Virus record (IMG/VR): IMGVR_UViG_3300036770_006296 | Span: 1 to 64,000 of that record | Reading direction: 5' to 3' (one strand) | DNA: 64,000 nt | In this document: piece by piece, positions 1-10,928 of the stretch | Position numbering within the stretch: position 1 is the stretch's first letter | Layout: every line of letters starts with the position of its first letter | Made by a program: the position numbers and the translations under genes | Notes under the pieces: generated by a model | Told to the model about the DNA's origin: nothing | The model's database searches: none | The model's input: only the letters and a program-made list of their open reading frames with translations

Positions 1-2
1 AA

Positions 3-3000
3 AATCAGTTAACCACATTTAATGGTGTTAATTACCAGGTTGGTATATTTGATAAGAAGGGGGATTACTTAATAGATTATTATAAAAATCCAGAAACACA
101 AATAGGATTCGAAGATTTTATAACTAATGGATTTAGAAATAATGGTGTGTTAAGCTACAAGCTTTTAAATCTAGAATTCTTGTTCAATGATAACGATTCT
201 ACTAACTACACTATAAATAGATATTTTGGTTTATATGTTAATGCACCAGAAATAGCTAAATTTAAGATAGACGGAGACGCTCTTTATAAAAGTCAGGGCT
301 CGTCAGGTAATACCCCAGTACCAGAAAAAAATAATAAAGGATACTACTTCCAAGAAACTTCGTATTACCAATATAATGATAACGGGGTAAGATTATATTT
401 AGAACCTAATTACATCACAGGAATTATACCAAACTCCGATGATGTAAACATACTCGAGGAGACAAAACTTTTTTGGATAAAAGATAAGAATGATAATTTT
501 CACTCATTAAAAAGATATGAAGATTATGGGAATTCTTCACCAGATCCTTTGTATTCTGTTTACGGGATAAACGGATATGAGAACCAATTAGTAATACAGG
601 ATACTTCCATAGATTTATCACTGCTATCGGGAAAGGACACAGACACAAAAAAACAATATCCAGCAGTAACTACTGGGCAAAAAGGGAGAGGGTATAGTGT
701 TATTAGAATAGCGGGAGAGCTAAATAACTATAACGAGAATTCATTTATATTTTATAATCCTCTAGGGTATCATGGATTACCTGGAGCTAAATATGACATA
801 ATAAGAGCATCAGATCTTTCCTCCACTATTGATGAGTGGGGGCCAGGAAGTTTCTATGCTCAGGATGGAGTTTACTACTACCACCCATTTGGGACGAATG
901 AAAAAATTGCCGAGGCTTTAACTGGGATTTTTAACAGCTTTAATTATAACTCTTTCGAAGCATTTAATTCAGGAGATGAAGTTGTAATAAGAACCAATGC
1001 TACAGGTGTACAGGAAAACACTAAGTATTATTTAGACTTTTTCCAAAACTTTACAACACTCCAAAGAATGCCAGACCTGAAAAGGGGTATAGTGTTTATA
1101 AACGAAAAAGATGTCTGTGACATAAATCAAAGACAATCCTTTCTTGGAGGATCTAATTATTCCAATACAAGAGTTAAAGTTAAAATAGAGGATGCAAATA
1201 AGATAGAGGTAGGTAAAACTTTTATAGAAACTATAAAAAGTACATCTACTGATTCATTTAATAATATACCAGAATACTCTAATAAGGGAGCTTCGGTTGT
1301 TGTTGGAAAATATAGATTTGTTGATCAATATGCTAGGGATGAGAAAGGTGAAATAGTAGGACTTAAAGATTTTGAAACCCATGCCACTCTTGAAATAGCT
1401 AATTTTACTGAATCTATAGCTTTTGGTACATCAGGGTCTATTTCTGCCTTTAATACTTATGACGTTTCTCTAGGTATTTTTTCTTTCTATGGATTAAGAG
1501 AAATCGATATGGATTTCTGGTATAGCCAATATGGATATACACCAACCCCTGAATATTATAAACATTTAGATGTGCAACCTTCTGGGATAACTAAAATAAT
1601 TCCAGGAAAAACTTATTTTGTTTCTAATGGAGCATTCATAGATTATGATGGAAACACGATAGCTGGCCCTGATTTCTTTGAAGGTGTAGTAGGTGAGGAA
1701 GAATACACATTAGCGACAGGATCGACTGGAGCAGAGTCTAATGTTTTCCCTACTCTATCATCTAGAGGCAACATTACAGTTGGAGTTACTCCTAGTAATT
1801 TCGATTATTCTTTTTATCCAGATTTAGATGCCTTTCCTGGATTTTATGGAATACAATCTCTTCAGTTTATCGATAATGAGATAGGGCTAGATACAAAATA
1901 CAAGCAGTTAAATTTCGGTAAACTAAATTCTGAATATGACTACACACAGGACAACTATAATCCAGCGTTTGCCACAAACAGTAGAGTTAGTCCTTATATA
2001 ACTAAATGGGTCTATAGGGGAGGAACAGATGTTAGAGGAAACGGATACAGATTAAATGCTAACATAGCTTTTAGTCCTTTAAATTTTTCACCCAGCTTCT
2101 TCAGGAGATCACAGGATCCTCAGTACTTTACCCACGAATGGTATCAGTTACAAAAACCTCCTTATTCTTTCCCCGAAGAAAGCTTACATTCGGATAAGAA
2201 CTATTTGGCTAGAGAGATCAATCAGTCGTTCTTGTCTAATGCAAATCCAGCTTTAAGGGATTATTTCCTTGATTATTTTTCTATAGAGGGTGACGACCTA
2301 GCACAATATTATACAGGAAGCACAACAATAAACAAAATAGGACTAACTGAAAGATATTCAGTGTTTGATTTTAATACTGGCAGTAAATTTTCGGAGACAT
2401 TATTTAGAGGAGCTAAAGTAAGGATTAAAAGAACCTTTACCGACTATGCTCAGGGTGAATCTACTAAATACGTTGAGGACGATAGATTTTACGATGACTA
2501 CAAGTTTTCTTGTGTTATCGTGCCAATAAGAAATATAGTAGATGAGATACAAACTCCTGTTAAAGTAAAAGTAATAGAGAATAGAACATTTAAGAATATA
2601 ACTTTTATTGTTGAGGTTTTAATTGATGATGCTAGAGTTTTAAATTTTGAAGATATAAGTCCAGAAAATCAGTATTTAGATTTGGATTATTTCTTATTAT
2701 ACTCCCTAAAGGATAAGCTAGACAGTTCTTATTTTTCTACCGTTGTTAGTACTTCTCTTCCTTCTGGATTAGTAGAATTACCAACAGTGGGGGATATAAA
2801 ATTATCTTCTGCTCTCAATATATCATCTGCACCTAATATACAGGGATTATTTTCGACCGTTAATTCGGGTACAGTAGGAAACGAGGGTGAAATTTATATC
2901 ATCCCTAATCCTGATTATGAAACTGACCTAAGAGACGAGGTAAACTTTACTTATCTCCCGTCTGTTCAACCTGATCCCGTTTCTGGACCAGACTCTACTA

Positions 3001-4784
3001 GTCCTGGATCTTTCTATGGAATTGCTGGTCCTTCACCTTACAGCGGCTACACTCTTCCTTTTCCTACTGGTGTTGGACAGAGTGTTATAAATTTCACTAA
3101 TACACAGCCAGGATATGAGTTTAATTTTAGTGATATCGGTATCCCCGGTCCTGTTAATATACCAACCATAGCAAACTATTCATCGCTTTTAAATATTCCT
3201 ATTTACCAAAGACAGGGAGGAATTGGCTACTGGGAAAATATATTGGAAAAAATATCTTTTGCTAATCTTTCCTTATGGGTAAATACAGGATATCCTTACA
3301 TAGACTATTTAACTTATGAATGGGATGAATCAACAGGTACTACAAAGGTATTAGAGAATCAGTTTGTTTTAGAGTTTATAAAACCTTCATTCTTTGAACA
3401 GGACACTGTTATTGTTCCTGTAGAAATAACTGATAAACCTCAGGAGCTAAGCGTGTTTAATGTAGGATACGAAACCGAAGATGTTGAGGGGGAGAGCGAG
3501 CTTTATAGATATGGAGGCGAATACGTCCCTAGCTTTAGAGAGGTTTTAAATTTTGAGAATGTAAAATATGATGTTCCTGAATGGACAATACCGAACTATA
3601 ATACATTTACCGTAAAGATAATTGAAAAGCCTGAAAAATCATCATCTTATGATATTGGATCTACAAGCTGTTTAGAAATAAATAGTGTATCACAAGAAGA
3701 AATAAATTTAATTAAGGGAGTAACTTATTATTTTGATCTTAGTGATTCTAGTAATACAGGATATCAGATATATTTTTCAGAAGGACAAATTGGTAACGAC
3801 ATCTCCAATGATTCAATAACACAGGGATATACATTAGTTGGTACGCCAGGAACTACAGGAGCTTATGTAGAATTTAATGTACCTTATGATTTACCATCTC
3901 CTGTCTATTACGTAGCAGAGGGCGGAAAATACATGGGTGGAAATATAAAAGTAATAGATTCTATAGAGTACTCCTACTGTTCTTTTGGACCATATAAAGA
4001 TAATTTTGGGGTATCTAGAAATGTTAATTATTATAAGTATTCTCCTCAGTGGATATTTAGAATAGGACAGAATTCTCCTTACAACCCGGTTTACAACATC
4101 ATAGGTGAAACCCCAGTAGATAAAAGGAATCTTTCTATTTTTGAAAGCTCATGGGATCCTGGCTTTTATAGAGAATATACGGGTCCTACTGGATATGTAA
4201 ACCTACCAGGTACAAGAGTAATGAAGGAACAGAAATCTTTCTTTGGTAGCAAATTTATGCAGACCCCAGATTTAATAAATTCTCAAAAGCAGTTAGTATA
4301 TCCACAGTCCTTAAAAGATGTTCTTGATCTAAATTATAATAACTATCCTAACTATGAAATACTATGGGAAAATAACCCGATTGAATTAAAAGGTGTTATT
4401 TTAATGGATAGAATGTTAAATAGATATTTCCTAGAAAATGGAGGAAAAGAATCGTTTAATAAATTTATAATTCCTGAATTTGGATTTGGTAGTACATCCG
4501 ATATCGATGATGATTTTAAAGAATATATGAATCAAAATATAATTCCTATATTCCAATCCAAACTAAACAGAGGATATCTTAAAAAAATACCAATCACTGC
4601 AAACGAGACACTAGTGCCGGTGATAGGAAATTTAGCAGACTATCAGAAATTGATTAATGGATATTTCAATTCGGGGGAGGTCAGATACACTAAAGTAAAT
4701 GATCTAAGATATGAATTTAGAATTCCTAAAGATCCTTCTTTTAACTATTCTGTCTGTTTCTCTATAGATATAGGAAAAATTTAA
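3..4784 (+). CDS. Large virion structural protein (baseplate/tail-associated), 5'-truncated by the window edge
   Basis: The frame is open from position 3, upstream of the GTG at 147 used by the ORF track. It is longer than 1545 aa, rich in Y/N/G/S/T, contains a cupredoxin-like module typical of phage virion proteins (about 3703-3957), and lies next to a tail fibre gene. Confidence 0.6.
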   Translation, partial: NQLTTFNGVNYQVGIFDKKGDYLIDYYKNPETQIGFEDFITNGFRNNGVLSYKLLNLEFLFNDNDSTNYTINRYFGLYVNAPEIAKFKIDGDALYKSQGSSGNTPVPEKNNKGYYFQETSYYQYNDNGVRLYLEPNYITGIIPNSDDVNILEETKLFWIKDKNDNFHSLKRYEDYGNSSPDPLYSVYGINGYENQLVIQDTSIDLSLLSGKDTDTKKQYPAVTTGQKGRGYSVIRIAGELNNYNENSFIFYNPLGYHGLPGAKYDIIRASDLSSTIDEWGPGSFYAQDGVYYYHPFGTNEKIAEALTGIFNSFNYNSFEAFNSGDEVVIRTNATGVQENTKYYLDFFQNFTTLQRMPDLKRGIVFINEKDVCDINQRQSFLGGSNYSNTRVKVKIEDANKIEVGKTFIETIKSTSTDSFNNIPEYSNKGASVVVGKYRFVDQYARDEKGEIVGLKDFETHATLEIANFTESIAFGTSGSISAFNTYDVSLGIFSFYGLREIDMDFWYSQYGYTPTPEYYKHLDVQPSGITKIIPGKTYFVSNGAFIDYDGNTIAGPDFFEGVVGEEEYTLATGSTGAESNVFPTLSSRGNITVGVTPSNFDYSFYPDLDAFPGFYGIQSLQFIDNEIGLDTKYKQLNFGKLNSEYDYTQDNYNPAFATNSRVSPYITKWVYRGGTDVRGNGYRLNANIAFSPLNFSPSFFRRSQDPQYFTHEWYQLQKPPYSFPEESLHSDKNYLAREINQSFLSNANPALRDYFLDYFSIEGDDLAQYYTGSTTINKIGLTERYSVFDFNTGSKFSETLFRGAKVRIKRTFTDYAQGESTKYVEDDRFYDDYKFSCVIVPIRNIVDEIQTPVKVKVIENRTFKNITFIVEVLIDDARVLNFEDISPENQYLDLDYFLLYSLKDKLDSSYFSTVVSTSLPSGLVELPTVGDIKLSSALNISSAPNIQGLFSTVNSGTVGNEGEIYIIPNPDYETDLRDEVNFTYLPSVQPDPVSGPDSTSPGSFYGIAGPSPYSGYTLPFPTGVGQSVINFTNTQPGYEFNFSDIGIPGPVNIPTIANYSSLLNIPIYQRQGGIGYWENILEKISFANLSLWVNTGYPYIDYLTYEWDESTGTTKVLENQFVLEFIKPSFFEQDTVIVPVEITDKPQELSVFNVGYETEDVEGESELYRYGGEYVPSFREVLNFENVKYDVPEWTIPNYNTFTVKIIEKPEKSSSYDIGSTSCLEINSVSQEEINLIKGVTYYFDLSDSSNTGYQIYFSEGQIGNDISNDSITQGYTLVGTPGTTGAYVEFNVPYDLPSPVYYVAEGGKYMGGNIKVIDSIEYSYCSFGPYKDNFGVSRNVNYYKYSPQWIFRIGQNSPYNPVYNIIGETPVDKRNLSIFESSWDPGFYREYTGPTGYVNLPGTRVMKEQKSFFGSKFMQTPDLINSQKQLVYPQSLKDVLDLNYNNYPNYEILWENNPIELKGVILMDRMLNRYFLENGGKESFNKFIIPEFGFGSTSDIDDDFKEYMNQNIIPIFQSKLNRGYLKKIPITANETLVPVIGNLADYQKLINGYFNSGEVRYTKVNDLRYEFRIPKDPSFNYSVCFSIDIGKI

Positions 4785-4801
4785 TAGAGGGATGGATTTT
4801 T

Positions 4802-4810
4802 GATATATAA
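4802..4810 (+). promoter_or_regulatory. Putative phage late promoter GATATATAA
   Basis: Intergenic, just upstream of the ATG at 4828. The same motif recurs before many putative late genes. Confidence 0.6.
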
Positions 4811-4827
4811 TGTAACTATAAAAAGAG

Positions 4828-7596
4828 ATGCCACAGATTAATATACTAAATATTTTACAAGGAGACGCACAGTCTACCATAGTTGATAAATTAAATTATA
4901 ACTTCGATCAAATACTTAGTGCAGGTGGAGGACCACAAGGAGCCCAAGGATTGATAGGTCCTACGGGACCCATAGGACCTCAGGGTCCACAGGGGGTTCA
5001 GGGAGTTCAAGGGCCTTCTGGAACTAAATGGTTCGTACAAGACACGTCACCTGCATCTGGAGGCATAACCGGGGCTAACCCGTGGACATTTCCGACACTT
5101 GGTGATTATTGGTTAGATCCGGACTCGGCAAATCAGGATGTTTATGTGTTCACTGCCACTGGATGGGTTAATACTGGATATGGATTAAATGCAGGGGAGC
5201 TATTTCAAAATGTAACTCCTATTAATATAATTGGTGGAGCAACTGCACAAGCTATATTAATAGCAGGTGCAACTTCAGGTGATAAGGGACTAGTTCTATC
5301 TGATTCTACTATTAATGGATACACTCCAGGTGGAACTGCAATAGACAATCTAAACTTCGAAAATGCAAAGTTAAAGATTGCTACTAAAGATGCCAGAACA
5401 AAACTAATAAGCTTTGCTAGATCTACTTTCGACATAAGCCCAAGTGGATCCGGTTCGACCGGAAGTTTTTACAATCCGTATTTTTCTTGGGATCTTTCTG
5501 TTAATCCATCTGGATCTACCGGCGTAGGATTAGGATTTTATAATCTTAGCTTCGTAAATCCAAAGGGATCTATAGGAATAGTATCCAATGGAGCAACTGC
5601 TGAATCCGGTATAAATATGCTGAGCAGTAGCGAGATAACTGCAACTTCATCTAGTGATAATATCTTACTTAAGACATCTTCAATTAATAAAGGAACTTTT
5701 ATAGATGCCAGTACTAATGGCGGATTTTTAGAGCTTTCTAATAATACATCAACCCCGGTTAATCAAGCTGACGCCCCTATTTTTGCTAACTCTACTGGTG
5801 TAGGATTAGGACTAGGGACAGGACAGTTTAAACATGTTGGTGTTTCTGTTGATAATCGAAGATTGGCCGTTAATGGTAACGTAAGTATAGGAACAGGATC
5901 TGCTCCTCATACATCTTCCTTATTTGTGGGGGAATCAGGAACACCTAATTATAATAAAGGTGTTTTATTTGCAGAGGGACATGCTATGTTCGGATATACA
6001 AACCCGACCGGAGATAGCTCAGGCGGATTACAAACTACTGGCCCTTCTGAATTAGCCGGAAGATATCCTCAGTTATTTGTTACATCCCCTAACTATGGTC
6101 CTGGTATACAAATAAAAACTAAGGGTGCTAATTACTCACCTAGAACTATAATAGGTGACGGCATCTTTGACGGATCTGGAACCGGCCCTAGTATAGTCCA
6201 AGAATTTTTTGCAGGGACTGGGTATAATCTAGGCTCATTTAATCAACCTTTAATAAATTACACACAGAAGATATCAAATGTCTCTAACTCTGGGGCTTCT
6301 GGTCCTGTTTTTTCAGTTACGACATTTGTAAACGGCGGTGTTTATAATTATGTTAATGCAGCATACAGAACTCTTATAGAAACTAAAAATTCTAATAGGA
6401 GATTAGAAATCATGTCCAATGGTACTGGTGGAGGAAACACCATTACTATGGGAACAATAAATAGCTCCTTATTATCAATCTATGGAGCTTCTGGAAGTAC
6501 AACAGGAGGAGTTTCTATCGGTGTTAACTCAAATATATCTCCAGAATTAGCTTCTCTAACAGGTGCAACATTTAGAGTAAACAATAGAGCTAATCACAGC
6601 TTATATGTTACAGGGGTTCAAACAATAGGTACAGATGATCCTCGTTCTTTATTTAATCTCGGAGCGACAGGAAATAATGCTGCTGTTGGCGGAAACTCTT
6701 TACTAAAAGTACACAGAAATTTATATTCAACAACTGTTACGCCATTTGGAAAGGGTACTTTTGCAGGGGGTCTTTCTGTAAACAATTATCCGAATGGAAT
6801 AGAAATAACTTCTATCGTTCCTCTCAATCCTTCTACAGGTCCTAGTGCTAATGATTCGGTTGCTATTGCTGTAGGTGCATCTACCGGAACATCACCTTTT
6901 ACTCAAGCCAACACTACTGGATTCTTCGTTTCCAATTTAGGTACAAACATATCAATAGGTCAGTCGATAGATTATAGCGCTGCGATAGGGGTATCTGGAG
7001 CTGGATCGGATTTTGCTATTAAAGCAAAAGGAGCAGTTGGAGTAACTGGTAACGTTTCAGTAAAAGGTGATGTTGGTATAACTGGTGGCGTTGGTGTAGA
7101 GCTAACAGGTGGTGAATTTTTTGATTGTTTCGGTACAACAGCATCAAATCCAGATATACGAATTACTTCTACTGGAAGGGTGTACAATCCAACTAAAAGT
7201 TTACATCATAACACAACAACAGATCCACCGGGAGGTGTCGTCTATGTAGGACCAGGAGACGAAGTTATTTCATCTGGGGTTTTTAGTTACACCTCATCTG
7301 GAACAGTCGCTGGTACATGGATGAAAGTCGGTCAAGTGATACATGTAGCTGGTAGATGGTCTAGGACCGGATCAGATCAATTTTACCTTCCCGTTCAACC
7401 ACAAGCAGGTTCTTCAATTGGTACTCTATTCGGAGTTTGTTACCTTGCCATATCTCAGCCAAATACTTGCTATGGTGTTAGAGCAATAGCTACCCCTGGT
7501 CCTCCACCGACATTTAATGCACAAATATATAATAACGGGTTGGGTCTTCCGGCTAATGATGATTACTATTTTACTCTTCAATACGTAATAGCATAA
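4828..7596 (+). CDS. Tail fibre-like protein with a collagen-like segment
   Basis: N-terminal G-X-Y run (GPQGAQGLIGPTGPIGPQGPQGVQGVQGPSG) followed by a long G/S/T-rich beta-type body (e.g. GNVSIGTG, GAVGVTGNVSVKGDVGITG). Confidence 0.7.
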   Translation: MPQINILNILQGDAQSTIVDKLNYNFDQILSAGGGPQGAQGLIGPTGPIGPQGPQGVQGVQGPSGTKWFVQDTSPASGGITGANPWTFPTLGDYWLDPDSANQDVYVFTATGWVNTGYGLNAGELFQNVTPINIIGGATAQAILIAGATSGDKGLVLSDSTINGYTPGGTAIDNLNFENAKLKIATKDARTKLISFARSTFDISPSGSGSTGSFYNPYFSWDLSVNPSGSTGVGLGFYNLSFVNPKGSIGIVSNGATAESGINMLSSSEITATSSSDNILLKTSSINKGTFIDASTNGGFLELSNNTSTPVNQADAPIFANSTGVGLGLGTGQFKHVGVSVDNRRLAVNGNVSIGTGSAPHTSSLFVGESGTPNYNKGVLFAEGHAMFGYTNPTGDSSGGLQTTGPSELAGRYPQLFVTSPNYGPGIQIKTKGANYSPRTIIGDGIFDGSGTGPSIVQEFFAGTGYNLGSFNQPLINYTQKISNVSNSGASGPVFSVTTFVNGGVYNYVNAAYRTLIETKNSNRRLEIMSNGTGGGNTITMGTINSSLLSIYGASGSTTGGVSIGVNSNISPELASLTGATFRVNNRANHSLYVTGVQTIGTDDPRSLFNLGATGNNAAVGGNSLLKVHRNLYSTTVTPFGKGTFAGGLSVNNYPNGIEITSIVPLNPSTGPSANDSVAIAVGASTGTSPFTQANTTGFFVSNLGTNISIGQSIDYSAAIGVSGAGSDFAIKAKGAVGVTGNVSVKGDVGITGGVGVELTGGEFFDCFGTTASNPDIRITSTGRVYNPTKSLHHNTTTDPPGGVVYVGPGDEVISSGVFSYTSSGTVAGTWMKVGQVIHVAGRWSRTGSDQFYLPVQPQAGSSIGTLFGVCYLAISQPNTCYGVRAIATPGPPPTFNAQIYNNGLGLPANDDYYFTLQYVIA

Positions 7597-7601
7597 AATT
7601 T

Positions 7602-7817
7602 ATGAATAAAGAATGGTTCATACAAAGATATTCGGATATACACGATGATCTGAATAGACTTGAAAGAGAGATAGAAGAGCATTTGAAAGATAAAAAAGAT
7701 CTATTAGAAAACGATCAAAAATTGGAAGACCTAAAAATAAAAACAATTGAGACAATAGATCTACTAAATAAAACAAGAGAAGATGAAAGAAGAATCTTTA
7801 ATTACCAAAATTCTTAA
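7602..7817 (+). CDS. Small charged coiled-coil hypothetical protein
   Basis: 71-aa ORF with heptad-like E/K/L pattern, located between the fibre gene and a membrane protein gene. Confidence 0.5.
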   Translation: MNKEWFIQRYSDIHDDLNRLEREIEEHLKDKKDLLENDQKLEDLKIKTIETIDLLNKTREDERRIFNYQNS

Positions 7818-8580
7818 AAGAAAAGATATAGTGCTTGTTGCAGTTATTGCAATATTGCTCTTATTGCTATTTAGACAGTGTAGTAGCAACGCAGATCTTA
7901 AGTCTCAGATGTTTATACAGAATCACAATCTAGATGCACTAAAAGACACTGTAAGGCTTCAAAAAAACAGAGCGGGTGAGGACATGTATGTTAGAAAAAC
8001 CCTTCTTGCTTCTAAGAAAAATTTAGAGGATCTAAATAAGAATCTTGCGGAGGAGCTTAAAAAAGTTAAAGGACAGGTTATTGTTATACATGACGTAGAA
8101 ACTGTTGTTGAGACGGACACTCAATATGTTAATAATTATTTAACTGTTTATGCTGACGGTAGCTATAGTCTAGACTGGAAATTTGATAGTACATTTTCGG
8201 AAAATAACTATAGAAAATTCTCGGGTAACAGCTTCTTCAAAATAGATTCAACCACTAACAAGGTGATCCCTGGTACAACTAGAATCAACGAGGATGAGAT
8301 GGGATTTTCTTTTGTAACTGGGATAAGAGAAAAAAATAAATCTTTAGAGATTTTTGTAACTCCTAAATATCCAGGGATGAAGATAACAGATATTGAAGGA
8401 GCAATTATCGATCCTTATAAATCTACTGTTCTAAAGAACATGTTTCCTAGTAAGAAATTCTCCGTTGGTCCTTATGTTGGGGTTGGTTTAGGTGCTGGTT
8501 ATGGTATAAACGGAAAACCAATAATGGGTGCAATGTTTAACGTCGGGGTGGGTATACAATATTCTATCATTAAATTTTAA
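7783..8580 (+). CDS. Membrane-anchored coiled-coil protein with C-terminal amphipathic beta strands (spanin-like candidate)
   Basis: N-terminal TM segment (IVLVAVIAILLLLLF), a coiled coil, and a C-terminus FSVGPYVGVGLGAGYG...FNVGVGIQYSIIKF ending in an aromatic residue. Confidence 0.45.
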   Translation: MKEESLITKILKRKDIVLVAVIAILLLLLFRQCSSNADLKSQMFIQNHNLDALKDTVRLQKNRAGEDMYVRKTLLASKKNLEDLNKNLAEELKKVKGQVIVIHDVETVVETDTQYVNNYLTVYADGSYSLDWKFDSTFSENNYRKFSGNSFFKIDSTTNKVIPGTTRINEDEMGFSFVTGIREKNKSLEIFVTPKYPGMKITDIEGAIIDPYKSTVLKNMFPSKKFSVGPYVGVGLGAGYGINGKPIMGAMFNVGVGIQYSIIKF

Positions 8581-8582
8581 GC

Positions 8583-8591
8583 GATATATAA
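8583..8591 (+). promoter_or_regulatory. Putative late promoter GATATATAA
   Basis: Intergenic, immediately before the ATG at 8595. Confidence 0.55.
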
Positions 8592-8594
8592 ACC

Positions 8595-10928
8595 ATGGCT
8601 TATACCTCGACAGAAAGATTTATAAAGTTTGGTAGTTACTTATTAATGGAGTATGACTACACGACTGCACCAACTCCAGAGATTTATTATGTTAACACGG
8701 GTAATCCTGCTATAGGATACGAGAAGATTGTTAATGGATACTTCAATAATTCGGTTCAGATATTAAATAACCCAGCATCCGAATTCACAACTGGAAACGT
8801 AAGAGATCTTAGTGTTGTTCAAACAGATAAAAATAGATTTGTAACATTAGATCAGGATTATTTAGTTCCTTATCTAGACACGGATCCTAAATTAACTTCA
8901 GTAAACAATCTGCCGGTAGTATTTCCTTCCAATATAGGGGTTTACTATGACACTATAAAATTTCATATAGTAGCAGGATACAATTTCGAAAACATAGATG
9001 GCATAATAATAAAAGGAGAATTTCAGGAGAGGACAGGAAAGAAAGCAACTATATTTCAGAGATTAATAACTAAATCTGACACTTCTTCTGTGGTGCTTAA
9101 TCCTAATCCTATCTATTTAGGTGGTGCTCTTTATGATCATTATATAGAGGTAAAGATTCCTGCTTATGCTAATATGGTTTATGAGTTTGATATATTAGCA
9201 AACACTCCAGCACAGGCAAACACTTTAGCAGCTAAGATATCTTCAGACGGAAATGGATTTTTAAAGGACGCTCCGATAAATGTTTCCTTGTATGAGATAA
9301 CACAGTCTGTTCTTAAAAATGGATATGAAAATTATATAGCGCAGTTAAGGAGTTCTTTGTCTGTAATACCCAAGGATAATTTTTCTTCCTTAGCTGCTGT
9401 TATCCAACAGAATCAATTCTATAATTATCTAGAATTTTATCCAACTTGGGATGGAAATTTTTTAGAAGATTTTCTAAACGCTGAAGGTAAGGTTGGAAAC
9501 ATTTATTATGTGATAAATGAAATAGAAGTTAAAGAGCAAGTTGGACTAACATATATTACAACATATAGCTTCAGTAACACACAGACACAAGATTTCAATG
9601 CTCCTAGTATATTTAGACCTATTCTTATAAATCCGTTGACCACTTCTTTCTTAGTTAACTACACTATGAGATTAGTTAACAGAGGAAATCAGAATCAAAT
9701 AATCAGAAGATCGTCTATTAGTTCTTTTGATGTAAACAAATACGGGAAAGAAAACAACGTTATCTCTCTTACTACTGGAGCTTATTCACAGAAGGTTTAT
9801 AATAAAATAGTTCAAGCACCAAACGTTGTATCTGGCGGAATTATGCCAAATCCTGCTGCTCCTATAGAAAAAAGAATTCCAGTTTTTTATAAGGATAACA
9901 ACATATCAATAACAAAAGAAACACTGGTAATAGATAGGAATGGTGATTTGATATCAGAAACATCCGTTCCTGGTGCAACCCAAATATTTGGACAGGGTAA
10001 AGGAAAAATAGTTGTTGATCCTTTTGATAACTTCTATAAGTTTACAGTCTATAATTACAAGGAAGGAACATCTCCTGAAATAATAGATCTAGGAACATCT
10101 CTAAGCTATTATATAGTTTTTCTTGATAGCAGCGGACAAAGTGTAAGAGTTGAAAATATAAAAAATAAATCTACCGTTTCTAATCCTTCTGCTGGACAGA
10201 TAGCATTTAAAGTTGTAGACACTAATTCTAAAAAAGTATTAGGGTTTACATCCAGAGATTTTTATATTATAACAAAAACACCCGATGGAACTGAAACTAA
10301 GCTATATTCTGGATCTTGGGAAACCCAGGCAGAATACATAGCAAGAACAAGTGTTACCACTGGAGAAGTTACACCAGCTACAGGTGGAGTTACAGGAGCT
10401 ACTGTTGTTACTACTACAGACGTGGCAGTTACCGGATCGACTGGAACAACCGGGACCAGTACCACTGAAGGAAATCAGAGAATTTCTAAAGTTCCTTTAA
10501 CAAAACTAGTTAATCTTAAAAAGCCTTATCCTTTAGGAAGTAGTTCTATTTTAAGTGTTAAACCTGCATCTCTCTTAAATACAACAGGAGGTTTCGTAAA
10601 AACTGGAAAAGGTGAAACTACTACGCCTTTAAAAAGCAGCGTACAGGCTAATAATATAAACATTGATGCTTTGGCGGATTCTATATCAGGAAGAGAATCT
10701 CAGGGCTTAAACGTGCAGAAGGTTGTTAATTATTATTTTACTCCAGGAGCTCCAGGTGCTAATTTATTTAAAGGACTTAAAGCAGCTCAGTTCTTAACAG
10801 CAGCTCTTCAAGTTCACCCAAAACTAGAAAATGGGGCATTCGACCAAAAATATATACAATACTGTAACGCTTTAGGGTTCCCAGTTACTGATGATCCTAA
10901 TTCTGCTAAAAATAATCCTAATAAATGA
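8595..10928 (+). CDS. Putative virion structural protein
   Basis: 777 aa, beta-rich, with a T/G/V-rich linker near the C-terminus. It sits in the structural cluster behind a GATATATA motif. Confidence 0.5.
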   Translation: MAYTSTERFIKFGSYLLMEYDYTTAPTPEIYYVNTGNPAIGYEKIVNGYFNNSVQILNNPASEFTTGNVRDLSVVQTDKNRFVTLDQDYLVPYLDTDPKLTSVNNLPVVFPSNIGVYYDTIKFHIVAGYNFENIDGIIIKGEFQERTGKKATIFQRLITKSDTSSVVLNPNPIYLGGALYDHYIEVKIPAYANMVYEFDILANTPAQANTLAAKISSDGNGFLKDAPINVSLYEITQSVLKNGYENYIAQLRSSLSVIPKDNFSSLAAVIQQNQFYNYLEFYPTWDGNFLEDFLNAEGKVGNIYYVINEIEVKEQVGLTYITTYSFSNTQTQDFNAPSIFRPILINPLTTSFLVNYTMRLVNRGNQNQIIRRSSISSFDVNKYGKENNVISLTTGAYSQKVYNKIVQAPNVVSGGIMPNPAAPIEKRIPVFYKDNNISITKETLVIDRNGDLISETSVPGATQIFGQGKGKIVVDPFDNFYKFTVYNYKEGTSPEIIDLGTSLSYYIVFLDSSGQSVRVENIKNKSTVSNPSAGQIAFKVVDTNSKKVLGFTSRDFYIITKTPDGTETKLYSGSWETQAEYIARTSVTTGEVTPATGGVTGATVVTTTDVAVTGSTGTTGTSTTEGNQRISKVPLTKLVNLKKPYPLGSSSILSVKPASLLNTTGGFVKTGKGETTTPLKSSVQANNINIDALADSISGRESQGLNVQKVVNYYFTPGAPGANLFKGLKAAQFLTAALQVHPKLENGAFDQKYIQYCNALGFPVTDDPNSAKNNPNK

